Source of the DNA: Aulosira sp. ZfuVER01
GTDB lineage: Bacteria; Cyanobacteriota; Cyanobacteriia; Cyanobacteriales; Nostocaceae
Direction: 5' to 3'
DNA: 64,000 nt
Assembly (NCBI GenBank): GCA_034530615.2
Contig: JAVRCV020000026.1
Coordinates: 1 to 64,000, forward strand
Below the pieces are notes generated by a model. That model was given only the letters and a program-made list of their open reading frames with translations. It searched no databases and was not told the origin of the DNA. Position 1 is the first letter of the stretch. Every line of letters begins with the position of its first letter. Below are positions 22,327-32,100 of this stretch, piece after piece. Position numbers and translations under genes: made by a program.

Positions 22327-23586
22327 TTACCCTTCCAACTCTCGCCCCTTCACCTCACTCAAACCCTCACCATCTAACACATCACCAGTGGTATAGTAAC
22401 CAGCCGCCTTCTTCGCCTCAATTTCCACCCGCGCATCTTGGGGAATCAAATCCTCTGGAATCGGCACCCGTTCCACAATTTCAATCCCCGCTTGGGTAAT
22501 GGCGTTGAACTTCATATTACTCATCGACACCATGCGGTCAATACGGGTAATACCCAACCAATGCAATACATCGGGCATCAACTCCTGAAAGCGCATATCT
22601 TGGACTCCTGCCACACATTCTGTACGGGCAAAGTAGGCATCAGCGCGATCGCCTCCTTCTTGGCGCTTCCTGGCATTGTAAACTAAGAATTTCGTCACCT
22701 CTCCCAAGGCTCGTCCTTCCTTGCGGCAGTATACAATAACACCCACACCTCCTTCCTGTGCGGTTTTTACGCAGACTTCAATCCCATGTACTAAATAAGG
22801 ACGACAAGTACAGATATCAGAACCAAACACATCAGAACCGTTGCATTCATCATGTACCCGCACCGCTAGCGGTTTATTGGGATCGGCGATCGCAGCTACA
22901 TCACCGACAATGTAAACAGTTACACCGCCAATTGGTGGTAAAAACACTTCCAAATCAGAACGTGTCACCAATTCTGGGAACATTCCCCCAGTTTGTTCAA
23001 ATAAAGCGCGACGCAAATCTGCTTCTGTGATGCCAAAGCGCTTGGCAATTCCTGGTAAATACCAAACTGGCTCAATTGCTGCCTTAGTGACAACCAAATC
23101 ACCACCTGGTTTCATAATTTTGCCATCAACCTGCAAGCGCCCTTTGTCCACGGCGTCTTGCAGTTCCGGCATATTAATATGAGCTTGAGTAATGGCGATC
23201 GTCGGGCGGATATCATATCCTTGGGCGTAAAAAGAGGCAAACACCTCACTAGCTACTGCCCCAAAAGGGTCAAGGGAAACTATTTTCTCAGGATCGCCCC
23301 AGCTAGGATGGGGGCCAATACGTGTGACTGGGGATGTATTAGTCAAATCTGCACGATGATCTGACTGTAAAGCACCGCTAGCCACCGCGAGAGCGCGATA
23401 TACAGCATAACTACCAGAATGAGTGCCAATCACATTCCGGTGCGCCTGCTTAGTTAAAGTGGCAATAATCGGACCACGTTGCAAGGGGTCAGCTGCTCCC
23501 CAGTGAATAGGGATTGGTTTGGGGCCAAAACTATGGGGATGGGATGTGAGAACAATATGCCTGGAGACGCTATTTGGCTTTGGCAT
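22327..23586 (-). CDS. URC1-like GTP cyclohydrolase II family protein with N-terminal extension
   Basis: RGPIIAT, RNVIGTHSGSYAVY N-domain; RVHDECNGSDVFGSDICTC, EGRALGE; linked to URC4 and upp. Confidence 0.9.
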   Translation of the reverse strand: MPKPNSVSRHIVLTSHPHSFGPKPIPIHWGAADPLQRGPIIATLTKQAHRNVIGTHSGSYAVYRALAVASGALQSDHRADLTNTSPVTRIGPHPSWGDPEKIVSLDPFGAVASEVFASFYAQGYDIRPTIAITQAHINMPELQDAVDKGRLQVDGKIMKPGGDLVVTKAAIEPVWYLPGIAKRFGITEADLRRALFEQTGGMFPELVTRSDLEVFLPPIGGVTVYIVGDVAAIADPNKPLAVRVHDECNGSDVFGSDICTCRPYLVHGIEVCVKTAQEGGVGVIVYCRKEGRALGEVTKFLVYNARKRQEGGDRADAYFARTECVAGVQDMRFQELMPDVLHWLGITRIDRMVSMSNMKFNAITQAGIEIVERVPIPEDLIPQDARVEIEAKKAAGYYTTGDVLDGEGLSEVKGRELEG

Positions 23587-23703
23587 AGTCAATTTATTTT
23601 TTTTGTGATGTTTTTATCAACTATTAGTCAAGAGGGGTTTGTCAACTACCAACAGTGACTTTTATTTTTAAATTTATGATGTACTAATCGCTAGTTAACC
23701 ATG

Positions 23704-23745
23704 AATTTACATATTGAAACCCGTATTTATAGTATTACTCAATAC
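23704..23745 (-). promoter_or_regulatory. NtcA-activated class II promoter for the URC1-URC4-upp operon
   Basis: Minus strand GTA-TTGAGTAA-TAC (23745-23732), exactly 22 nt, then TAAATT (23709-23704), matching GTAN8TAC-N22-TAN3T. Confidence 0.7.
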
Positions 23746-23877
23746 CTAAAAATAACAACACGGAAATTTCTTAATTTGTAAATGTAAAAAGAGAATTTAA
23801 AGATGACTTTAAAAATGCCTAAGTAGAGAATTTTGTGCGAAAGTTGATATATAAATACAATTACCTAGACCGAATTT

Positions 23878-24348
23878 ATGGATTCTTTATCTATCAGCTC
23901 TCTACTTGAAGATTTGAAAAATTCAGATGCTGCAATCCGGGAACAGGCAACTAAAAAAATATGGCGTATCTGGTTTCAGCAAAAAGGAATTTACGGATTG
24001 GAGAAAATTGACCATAGTCAAAAGTTGCTAGATGCTGGTGAAACTACGGAAGCTGAGAAAGTGCTAACCCAGCTAATTGCAGAACAACCGGATTTTGCTG
24101 AAGCATGGAATCGTCGTGCTTTTCTTTACTACAGCATAGGTGATTATCAAAGGTCTTTAGCAGATTGTCAGATGGTTGTGAATCTTAATTCTGTACATTT
24201 TGGCGCACTCCACGGTATGGGCTTATGTTATGCCGCATTAGGAAAGTATCGTGAAGCAATCCAAGCTTTTCAACGCGCTCTACTAATTCAACCTTATTCT
24301 GTGGTCAACCAAAAGTTGATTCTAGAATGTACATTCAGAATCAGCTAA
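23878..24348 (+). CDS. TPR protein
   Basis: PDFAEAWNRRA and HFGALHGMGLCY repeats. Confidence 0.85.
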   Translation: MDSLSISSLLEDLKNSDAAIREQATKKIWRIWFQQKGIYGLEKIDHSQKLLDAGETTEAEKVLTQLIAEQPDFAEAWNRRAFLYYSIGDYQRSLADCQMVVNLNSVHFGALHGMGLCYAALGKYREAIQAFQRALLIQPYSVVNQKLILECTFRIS

Positions 24349-24381
24349 AACACCAGAACCAAAAGAGCTTTAACCTGTTCC

Positions 24382-25443
24382 ATGAATCAGTCTCCATCTC
24401 CATCAACAGCAATTCATCGCCTTAGTCGCCGTCAATTTATTCAGTACAGTTGCATCAGTATTGGTAGCAGTTTGCTTGCCGCCTGTGCTAATAGCAACCA
24501 ACAATTATCCACAAGTTCAGGGTTAGAAAAAGTTACCTTTGGTACAAATTGGATCGCCCAAGCAGAACACGGCGGATTTTATCAGGCGATCGCAACTGGA
24601 ATTTACAAAAACCACGGTCTGGATGTGACTATTAAAATGGGTGGTCCCCAAGTACCAAGTGGTGCCCAGTTATTGATGGGAGGTGCGGTAGATTTTTTCA
24701 TGGGTTATGGCGTTGATGCCATAAACGCAATAGCACAAGATATTCCTAAAATCACGGTAGCGGCAATCTTTCAAAAAGACCCCCAGTGTCTGATTTCCCA
24801 TCCCAACACAGCAATAAAAACCCTTGCCAACCTCAAAGGCAAACCAATTTATGTCTCTGCTGCTGCTAACGTTACATATTGGCCACTTCTCAAAGCTAAG
24901 TATGGTTTTACTGACGATCAAAAACGTCCTTATAACTTCAATCCTGCCCCATTTCTAGCTGACAAAACCTCAGCACAACAAGGCTACATCACATCCGAAC
25001 CCTTCGCTATTGAAAAGCAAGGTGGGTTTAAGCCGATAGTATTTTTACTCGCAGATTATGGTTATCCAGCATACGCAACTACTATTGAAACCAAGAAAGA
25101 ATTAGTAGAAAAAAATCCAAATTTAGTCCAACGCTTTGTTGACGCATCAATTAAAGGTTGGTATAGCTACTTAGAAAATCCCCAACCAGGTAATCAATTA
25201 ATCAAAAAAGATAATCCAGAAATGACAGATGAGCAGCTAGCTTATAGCGTTCCTAAACTTAAAGAATACGGGATTATCTTATCTGGAGAAGCAGAAAAGC
25301 TCGGTATTGGGGCAATGACTGACGAAAGATGGAAAGTACTATTCGATAGCATGGTTAATACCGGACTTTCTCAGCCTAATGTTAATTATAAAGATGCATT
25401 TACATTGCAATTTATCGATAAAGGTATAGATTATTACAAATAA
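24382..25443 (+). CDS. NMT1/THI5-like ABC substrate-binding lipoprotein
   Basis: Tat-like signal with LAAC lipobox; NWIAQAEHGGFYQA, QGYITSEP. Confidence 0.88.
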   Translation: MNQSPSPSTAIHRLSRRQFIQYSCISIGSSLLAACANSNQQLSTSSGLEKVTFGTNWIAQAEHGGFYQAIATGIYKNHGLDVTIKMGGPQVPSGAQLLMGGAVDFFMGYGVDAINAIAQDIPKITVAAIFQKDPQCLISHPNTAIKTLANLKGKPIYVSAAANVTYWPLLKAKYGFTDDQKRPYNFNPAPFLADKTSAQQGYITSEPFAIEKQGGFKPIVFLLADYGYPAYATTIETKKELVEKNPNLVQRFVDASIKGWYSYLENPQPGNQLIKKDNPEMTDEQLAYSVPKLKEYGIILSGEAEKLGIGAMTDERWKVLFDSMVNTGLSQPNVNYKDAFTLQFIDKGIDYYK

Positions 25444-25610
25444 TAGACAATCATTTATAGCGTTTCTTAGTCTGCTGAGGTACGAATTTACAGCAGAATT
25501 CTGAATTATGAATTCAAACAGGCTTTCTGCCTGACTAGCAACTTAGGAAATAAATCTAATTTTATGAGGAACTTAAGACGAAGAGCATGAAATTTAGTGA
25601 GGGCAGTTAA

Positions 25611-25943
25611 TTGATTTTGCTATTATGTGAGCGCGCTACTGGTGAACAACTTGAGCAAATGCTCCAACAGCACAAATTTTATGTGAAACTTGCGGTTGAT
25701 CTGGAGCGTCGAGTGTTGATTGGCGGTGGTGATATGCACTATGACTGCGAACAAGCTTTACTACATGATGGTAGTCGTCAGGAAAATATCTGGGCAGCAA
25801 GTTTTATGCCTGCCACTGGGAAGATAATTTTTGAATCAATTGTCAACCTGCGCCCACGCCAGAATCGTTCAATGGAAATTTTAGACCCTATTATTAGAGA
25901 AAGGGTTGCTCAACTGATTAACGAGTTCCTGGGAAACTTATGA
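25611..25943 (+). CDS. DUF5674-like protein
   Basis: VKLAVD, GGDMHYDCEQALL, GSRQENIW, VNLRP. Confidence 0.75.
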   Translation: MILLLCERATGEQLEQMLQQHKFYVKLAVDLERRVLIGGGDMHYDCEQALLHDGSRQENIWAASFMPATGKIIFESIVNLRPRQNRSMEILDPIIRERVAQLINEFLGNL

Positions 25944-26314
25944 TTGAATTGACACCACAACAACAAAGTTTTGTACAAGATGATGTCCCTACTCGTTTGC
26001 ATCATCTAGCTGCACATCTATCACAAATTCAATCCTTGTGGACTCAAGACTCTTCCCAGGACTTGATAATGGCTCTGGCCAAAGAAAGCAGATATTTTAT
26101 CGAGTGGACTGTCCCCGACATGGTAAAAGCAGACGATATTGACCAAGCAGCAGAATTGGTTGATTTGGGTCGTGTCTTGACTCGTTGGTTATTTAATTGG
26201 GACAACATCTGGTGTGATTATGAACAAAAGCAAGTTGCTGCTGAACAAACACAAGATTGGTTGTGTCGCGTTCTGGAGATATCAGGTACAGAAACTAAGT
26301 CACTGAGTGCTTAA
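25940..26314 (+). CDS. Hypothetical protein coupled to the DUF5674-like gene
   Basis: ATGA overlap; ESRYFIEWT motif. Confidence 0.7.
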   Translation: MIELTPQQQSFVQDDVPTRLHHLAAHLSQIQSLWTQDSSQDLIMALAKESRYFIEWTVPDMVKADDIDQAAELVDLGRVLTRWLFNWDNIWCDYEQKQVAAEQTQDWLCRVLEISGTETKSLSA

Positions 26315-26342
26315 CTGATTTACCATTGCTTATCGAAAAATT

Positions 26343-26376
26343 GGGTTTAAAACCCCGTCCTTCTAGGACGGCTTTT
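26343..26376. repeat. Small palindromic element GGGTTTAAAACCCCGTCCTTCTAGGACGGCTTTT
   Basis: CCGTCCT-TCT-AGGACGG hairpin; resembles IS200/IS605-type end hairpins; no transposase nearby. Confidence 0.5.
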
Positions 26377-26391
26377 CTCGATATTTCCATA

Positions 26392-27165
26392 ATGAATAAC
26401 CATCTCACTATTACACTCAATCACATTAGCAAAATCTACGCTAATGGCACAGTTGCTCTGCAAGACTTGAATTTAGCTATCCCAGAAGCACAATTTGTCA
26501 GCTTAGTTGGCCCTTCGGGATGCGGTAAAAGTACAGTCCTGAGATTAATTGCCGGACTGGGACGCGAAAGTTCTGGTAGTATTGACTGGGGTTTTCCTCC
26601 GCAAGTCCGCAAACTAGCCTTTGTGTTTCAAGACGCTGCACTCATGCCTTGGGCAACAGTGAGAGAAAATATCCGCCTCCCCCTGAAGCTGGCAAAAGTA
26701 CCCCAAAAAGATGCAAATAGCTTGGTAGAGCAGACACTAGCATTAGTAGGATTAGAAAAGTTTGAGCATTGCTACCCCCGTGAGTTATCTGGTGGGATGA
26801 AAATGCGGGTATCAATTGCTCGTGCTTTAGTCACTCAACCAAATATTCTCTTAATGGATGAGCCATTTGGCGCATTAGATGAAATCACTCGCAGCAAACT
26901 CAACAGCGACTTACTGGATTTATGGCAGCAGCACCATTGGACAGTAGTTTTTGTCACCCACAATATTTACGAAGCGGTATACTTGTCAAACCGCGTGCTG
27001 GTGATGGGGACAAATCCTGGTCGCATAGTTGCAGATATAGAAATTGATGCACCTTACCCTCGCAGTGAGGCTTTTCGCACTTCATCTGTGTATATTGAAT
27101 ATTGCCGCAAAGTTTCCCAGTCTCTAGCGGTAGCTATGAATCATCCCCAAACTACTGCATTTTGA
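26392..27165 (+). CDS. ABC transporter ATP-binding protein (SsuB/TauB-like)
   Basis: GPSGCGKS, LSGGMKMR, MDEPFGALD; start moved to ATG 26392. Confidence 0.92.
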   Translation: MNNHLTITLNHISKIYANGTVALQDLNLAIPEAQFVSLVGPSGCGKSTVLRLIAGLGRESSGSIDWGFPPQVRKLAFVFQDAALMPWATVRENIRLPLKLAKVPQKDANSLVEQTLALVGLEKFEHCYPRELSGGMKMRVSIARALVTQPNILLMDEPFGALDEITRSKLNSDLLDLWQQHHWTVVFVTHNIYEAVYLSNRVLVMGTNPGRIVADIEIDAPYPRSEAFRTSSVYIEYCRKVSQSLAVAMNHPQTTAF

Positions 27166-27990
27166 ATGTTTAACCGTCGCTCAAAACTACAAAAGAAACC
27201 TACTAAATTACTATCGGCTGATGTTTGGGCACCAGTAGTAGTTGGTATTTTAGTACTGGTGTTGTGGGATATTTTGGTGCGGGTAACACATTTACCTCCC
27301 TATATTCTTCCTGGGCCTATCTTAGTATTTAAAACCTTAATTACTGACTGGAATGAGCTTTTCTCATCTTTATTAATTACCCTACAAATCACATTTGTTG
27401 CCTTTATTGCTGCTGCTATTTCCGGGTTGCTGATAGCGATATTGTTTACCCAAAGCAAATGGATTGAACGCAGCTTATTTCCCTATGCAGTTATTTTACA
27501 GACAACTCCCATAGTTGCGATCGCACCTTTAATCATTCTCTGGCTCAAAAATAATACCTTTGCCGCTTTAGTAGTTTGTGCCTGGATAGTTGCCTTTTTC
27601 CCCATCGTCTCCAACACCACCCTCGGACTCAACAGCGTTGACCGCAACTTACTCAACTTATTTCAACTCTACAAAGCCTCCCGTTGGCAAACACTGCTGT
27701 ATCTCCGCTTACCCAGCGCCATGCCATACTTCTTAGGGGGGTTAAAAATTAGTGGTGGTTTAGCCTTAATTGGTGCAGTCGTCGCTGAGTTTGTCGCTGG
27801 GACTGGTGGGGAAAAATCAGGTATCGCTTATCGCATTTTAATTTCCAGCTATAACCTGCAAATTCCCCGAATGTTCGCCGCATTATTCCTTACCACGGGG
27901 TTAGGAGTCTTAATTTTTATCAGCTTGAGTGTTTTATCAGACTTTATTTTAAGTAAATGGCACGAAAGTGCTGTGAAACATGAGAATTAA
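27166..27990 (+). CDS. ABC transporter permease (SsuC/TauC-like)
   Basis: ILPGP, QTTPIVAIAP, GAVVAEF. Confidence 0.9.
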   Translation: MFNRRSKLQKKPTKLLSADVWAPVVVGILVLVLWDILVRVTHLPPYILPGPILVFKTLITDWNELFSSLLITLQITFVAFIAAAISGLLIAILFTQSKWIERSLFPYAVILQTTPIVAIAPLIILWLKNNTFAALVVCAWIVAFFPIVSNTTLGLNSVDRNLLNLFQLYKASRWQTLLYLRLPSAMPYFLGGLKISGGLALIGAVVAEFVAGTGGEKSGIAYRILISSYNLQIPRMFAALFLTTGLGVLIFISLSVLSDFILSKWHESAVKHEN

Positions 27991-28019
27991 TACCTCTGAT
28001 ACTTGAAGCTTCGGCTCTA

Positions 28020-28145
28020 AAACGAGAATGTTCTGGGTTGAAATGAGAATATTTTGGGTTGAAACGAGAATGTTTTGGTTCTAAACGAGAATGTTTTGGT
28101 TCTAAACGAGAACTTTCTGGGTTGAAACGAGAACATTGCGGTTCA
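28020..28145. repeat. 21-bp tandem repeat (AAACGAGAATGTTTTGGTTCT-like, 6 copies)
   Basis: Units at 28020, 28041, 28062, 28083, 28104, 28125. Confidence 0.9.
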
Positions 28146-28386
28146 AAGGCTGAAGTTTGGTGTTTGTCAGTCGAAATGTTACTATTACAACACCTCTATT
28201 GTTCTTCTCTGCGCCTCTGCGCCTCTGCGTGAAACAAAAATATCCCTGTAAAATCGAACCGCAAAGGACGCGGAGGAAGAGGTAAGAGAAAACTTTAGCT
28301 GTAATATAGCGTTATACGGGCTAATTTTTGTCATCTGTCGCTAGGATAGGTTACAGGTGTAAAAATTATATCTAGCCCTAGCGAAG

Positions 28387-29952
28387 ATGAGTATTGATAT
28401 TGTAGTTAAAGCACTTAAGAGTCTTGCAAAACCTGCGGCTTCTCTAGTAATTAATCAAGCTCAACGCAATGAAACTGTAGTCAGAACTTTAAAACAATTC
28501 AATTTTGACCCAGCACAACCACCCAAAGATGTTGACGGTGTTTATATCTACTCTTTAATTGAGTATGGTGTCGGTAAGCCGGAAGCCATGCTGAATCTTT
28601 TTAGGGAAAGAGAGATAAAAAAAGCTTTTTGGAGTGCTTATACTTCCAATAATCCCTTGGGTTTTGTCAAGGAAGTAGAAAAGTTTTTGCAAGGGAATGA
28701 TTTAGAATTTGATATCCGATTGAAAAGAATTGAATTGCGATCGGAGTTAGAAGAGTTTGGGGAAATATTTATTCAGGTTGCTAAAAGAAGTAAATCCAAA
28801 GAGTTTGAACCTTTCCCTGAATGGAATTTAGATGAGTATCCAACGGAATTTAAGTCATTAATTAAAGAAAAAATTCGCTCATTTTGCGGTCGTCAGTTTG
28901 TTTTTGACGCATTTCACAAATTTTGCGACCAAAATCGCAGTGGTTACTTTACAGTAGTGGGTGATGCAGGAATGGGGAAGAGTACCATTGCTGCTAAATA
29001 CGTCTGGGACTATACATCACCATGCTATTTTAATATTCGTTCCGATGGTCGCAATCGAGCGGAGCTTTTTCTAGAAAGTATTCGCAAACAATTAATTAAG
29101 CATTACCAGTTGCAGAATGTCGAGAAGGCTAATTTAGCAGATTTACTAGAACAGGTTAGCAAGAAGCTGACTGCTGGTGGACATCTTGTAATCGTAGTTG
29201 ATGCACTGGATGAAGTAGAACAAGAAGCAGGGGGGAATCTTTTAGATTTACCACCTTCGCTTCCTGAACGTATTTATTTTTTGCTGACTAGGCGACCTTA
29301 TACCAGAGATAAAAAGCGCTTGTCTGCACCAGATGTCCCGGTAGAGGAGCTAGATTTAAGGATAAGTCAGTATGTTAATTTGAGTCGTGAAGATATCAAG
29401 GAGTATATTCGGTACTTTTTGAATATCGATCAAGACTATAAAAATGCAATTAAACAATGGATTCAACAGTGCAATATTTCTGATAACGTTTTTGTTGAGC
29501 AGGTAGCAACTAAGAGTGAAAACAATTTCATGTACCTGCGCTATGTTTTGCCAGGAATTGCTAAAGGTGACTATAATGACCTGAGTTTAAAGCAATTACC
29601 CGATGGTCTGCAAGAATATTATCAAGATCATTGGCAGCGAATGGGTATGGATGATAAATCCCAGGAAGTAAAGGTACTTATTCTGTTTATTTTAGTGGAG
29701 ATTGGTACACCAATTCCTTGTGAGATGATAGCGGCTATTACTGAACAGGATGAATATGATGTGCAAGTAGTTTTAGATGATTGGGTTGAATATTTGAAGC
29801 TGCAAAATATAAAAGGAGAAAACTGCTACAGCATCTATCATGCTAGTTTTTTAGACTTCTTAAAAGTAAAACGGGTTTTGGATGCCAAACGCAAGCTATT
29901 TCAAGAGGTTAATCAACGCATTGCAGATTACCTTATAGAGGAGATGGCATGA
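28387..29952 (+). CDS. NACHT/STAND-like ATPase
   Basis: FCGR pre-motif, Walker A GDAGMGKS, Walker B VIVVDALDE, NFMY, LPDGL..YY, YSIYHASF. Confidence 0.85.
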   Translation: MSIDIVVKALKSLAKPAASLVINQAQRNETVVRTLKQFNFDPAQPPKDVDGVYIYSLIEYGVGKPEAMLNLFREREIKKAFWSAYTSNNPLGFVKEVEKFLQGNDLEFDIRLKRIELRSELEEFGEIFIQVAKRSKSKEFEPFPEWNLDEYPTEFKSLIKEKIRSFCGRQFVFDAFHKFCDQNRSGYFTVVGDAGMGKSTIAAKYVWDYTSPCYFNIRSDGRNRAELFLESIRKQLIKHYQLQNVEKANLADLLEQVSKKLTAGGHLVIVVDALDEVEQEAGGNLLDLPPSLPERIYFLLTRRPYTRDKKRLSAPDVPVEELDLRISQYVNLSREDIKEYIRYFLNIDQDYKNAIKQWIQQCNISDNVFVEQVATKSENNFMYLRYVLPGIAKGDYNDLSLKQLPDGLQEYYQDHWQRMGMDDKSQEVKVLILFILVEIGTPIPCEMIAAITEQDEYDVQVVLDDWVEYLKLQNIKGENCYSIYHASFLDFLKVKRVLDAKRKLFQEVNQRIADYLIEEMA

Positions 29953-29953
29953 T

Positions 29954-32059
29954 ATGGGAGAATTTGCTGACAAGTTAGCGGCAAAAAAGCCGTCTATTCA
30001 ACGTGTTTACTTGGGTAGTTTAGTACCAAGCTTGGTGAAGTCGGGAAAATTAGGAAAGTATTACCAAACCCTGACTGATTTTGATTTCATTAATGCCAAG
30101 ATTAACAATCCTGAGTTTGGGGTGCAACCGCTAGTTGAAGATTATGATTTGATTGATCGTGAAGAGACATTAAATTATCCAGAATACAACTCTGAGAAAG
30201 TCGAAAGTCTGAAATTGATTCAAGGTGCATTAAGACTGTCAGCGCATATTTTAGTAGTGGATAAGCAGCAACTAGCAAGTCAATTGCACGGACGGTTACT
30301 AAATCAAAAAATGCCAGAAGAAATTCAAGCATTATTGACACAAACCAAGCAAGAGACAACTACCCCTTGGCTATGTCCTTTGACTGCTAGCTTAATCCCA
30401 CCAGGAAGAAACTTAATCCGCACCCTCACTGGTCATAGCTTCCCGGTAAATGCCGTCACCGTCACCCCCAATGGGCAACAAGTGATTTCTGCATCTAATG
30501 ACAACACCCTTAAAGTCTGGAATCTGGTAACTGGAGAGGAACTATTCACCCTCAAGGGTCATAGTAACTCGGTAAATGCAGTCGCTATCACCCCCAATGG
30601 GCAACAAGTGATTTCTGCATCCAATGACAACACCCTCAAAGTCTGGAATCTGGTAACTGGAGAGGAACTATTCACCCTCAAGGGTCATAGTAACTCGGTA
30701 AATGCAGTCGCTATCACCCCCAATGGGCAACAAGTGATTTCTGCATCCAATGACAACACCCTCAAAGTCTGGAATCTGGTAACTGGAGAGGAACTATTCA
30801 CCCTCAAGGGTCATAGTAACTCGGTAAATGCAGTCGCTATCACCCCCAATGGACGACAAGTGATTTCTGCATCCAATGACAACACCCTCAAAGTCTGGAA
30901 TCTCGCAACTGGAAAACTAATGTTCACCCTCAAGGGTCATAAGTCCTCGATAAATGCCGTTGCCGTCACTCCCAAGGGGCAACAGGCGATTTCTGCATCC
31001 AATGATAACACCCTCAAAGTCTGGAATCTGGTAGCAGGAAAGCAACTATTCACTCTCAGGGATCATAACTCTTCGGTAAATGCCGTTGCCTTTACCCCCA
31101 ATGGACAACAGGTGATTTGTGCATCCAATGACAACACCCTCAAAGTCTGGAATTTAGCAACTAGGAAGCAACTATTCACCTTTGATGGTCATGGTAACTC
31201 GGTAAATGCCGTCGCCGTCACCCCTAACGGACAACAAGTGATTTCTGCATCCAATGACAACACCCTCAAAGTCTGGAATCTGACAACTGAGGAGGAACTA
31301 TTCACCCTCAATCGTCATAGTTCCTTGGTAAAAGCTGTCGCCGCCACTCCTAACGGGCAACAAGTGATTTCTGCATCCAATGACAACACCCTCAAAGTCT
31401 GGAATCTCGCAACTGGGGAGGAATTATTCACCCTCAATGGTCAGAATAACTTGGTAAAAGCTGTCGCCGTCACACCCAATGGGCAAAGGGTGATTTTTGC
31501 ATTATGGGACAACATCCTCAAAGTCTGGAATTTGACAACTGGGGAGGAATTATTCACCCTCAATGGTCATGGTAACTCGATAAATACTGTCGCCGTCACC
31601 CCCAATGGGCAACAAGTGATTTCTGCATCAGATAACAACACCCTCAAAGTCTGGAATCTGGCAACTGGGAAGGAAGTATTCACCCTCAAGGGTCATACAT
31701 CCTCGATAAACACCGTTGCTGTCACACCCAATGGGCAACAAGTGATTTCTGCATCCGATGACAACACTCTCAAAGTCTGGAATCTCGCAACAGGGCAGGA
31801 ACTATTTACCCTAAATCGTCATAGTAACTCGGTAAACGCCTTTGCCGTCACCCCCAATGGGCAACAAGTGATTTCTGCATCCAATGACAACACTCTCAAA
31901 GTCTGGAATCTCGCAACTATGAAGATAATTGCCACTTTTACGGGAGAAAGTTACATCTCTTGCTGTACTGTTGCACCTGATCGCATGACAATTGTCGCAG
32001 GGGAACAATCAGGTAGGATGCATTTTTTGCGTCTTGAGAACATGAGATCTAATTCATAA
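29954..32059 (+). CDS. WD40-repeat protein with N-terminal helical domain
   Basis: 12 GH-type...KVWNL repeats; N-terminal LTDFDF and QLASQLHGRLL segments. Confidence 0.92.
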   Translation: MGEFADKLAAKKPSIQRVYLGSLVPSLVKSGKLGKYYQTLTDFDFINAKINNPEFGVQPLVEDYDLIDREETLNYPEYNSEKVESLKLIQGALRLSAHILVVDKQQLASQLHGRLLNQKMPEEIQALLTQTKQETTTPWLCPLTASLIPPGRNLIRTLTGHSFPVNAVTVTPNGQQVISASNDNTLKVWNLVTGEELFTLKGHSNSVNAVAITPNGQQVISASNDNTLKVWNLVTGEELFTLKGHSNSVNAVAITPNGQQVISASNDNTLKVWNLVTGEELFTLKGHSNSVNAVAITPNGRQVISASNDNTLKVWNLATGKLMFTLKGHKSSINAVAVTPKGQQAISASNDNTLKVWNLVAGKQLFTLRDHNSSVNAVAFTPNGQQVICASNDNTLKVWNLATRKQLFTFDGHGNSVNAVAVTPNGQQVISASNDNTLKVWNLTTEEELFTLNRHSSLVKAVAATPNGQQVISASNDNTLKVWNLATGEELFTLNGQNNLVKAVAVTPNGQRVIFALWDNILKVWNLTTGEELFTLNGHGNSINTVAVTPNGQQVISASDNNTLKVWNLATGKEVFTLKGHTSSINTVAVTPNGQQVISASDDNTLKVWNLATGQELFTLNRHSNSVNAFAVTPNGQQVISASNDNTLKVWNLATMKIIATFTGESYISCCTVAPDRMTIVAGEQSGRMHFLRLENMRSNS
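30421..31930 (+). repeat. 126-bp intragenic tandem repeat, 12 copies (WD40 units)
   Basis: Units at 30421, 30547, 30673, 30799 onward; several near-identical at DNA level. Confidence 0.92.
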
Positions 32060-32100
32060 TTCATAATTCGTAATTTGTAGTTGAGAAACTATCCAGGATA

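Noticed and set aside
22327..23586. Riboflavin ribA call
   Set aside because: The N-terminal extension and linkage to URC4 and upp fit URC1 better
26326..26391. N-terminal extension of the ABC ATPase, or an IS605-family element
   Set aside because: The extension translates a palindromic repeat, and no tnpA or tnpB is present
28020..28145. Possible CRISPR array (also 53-132 and 62424-62549)
   Set aside because: Repeats are contiguous with no unique spacers, and there are no cas genes
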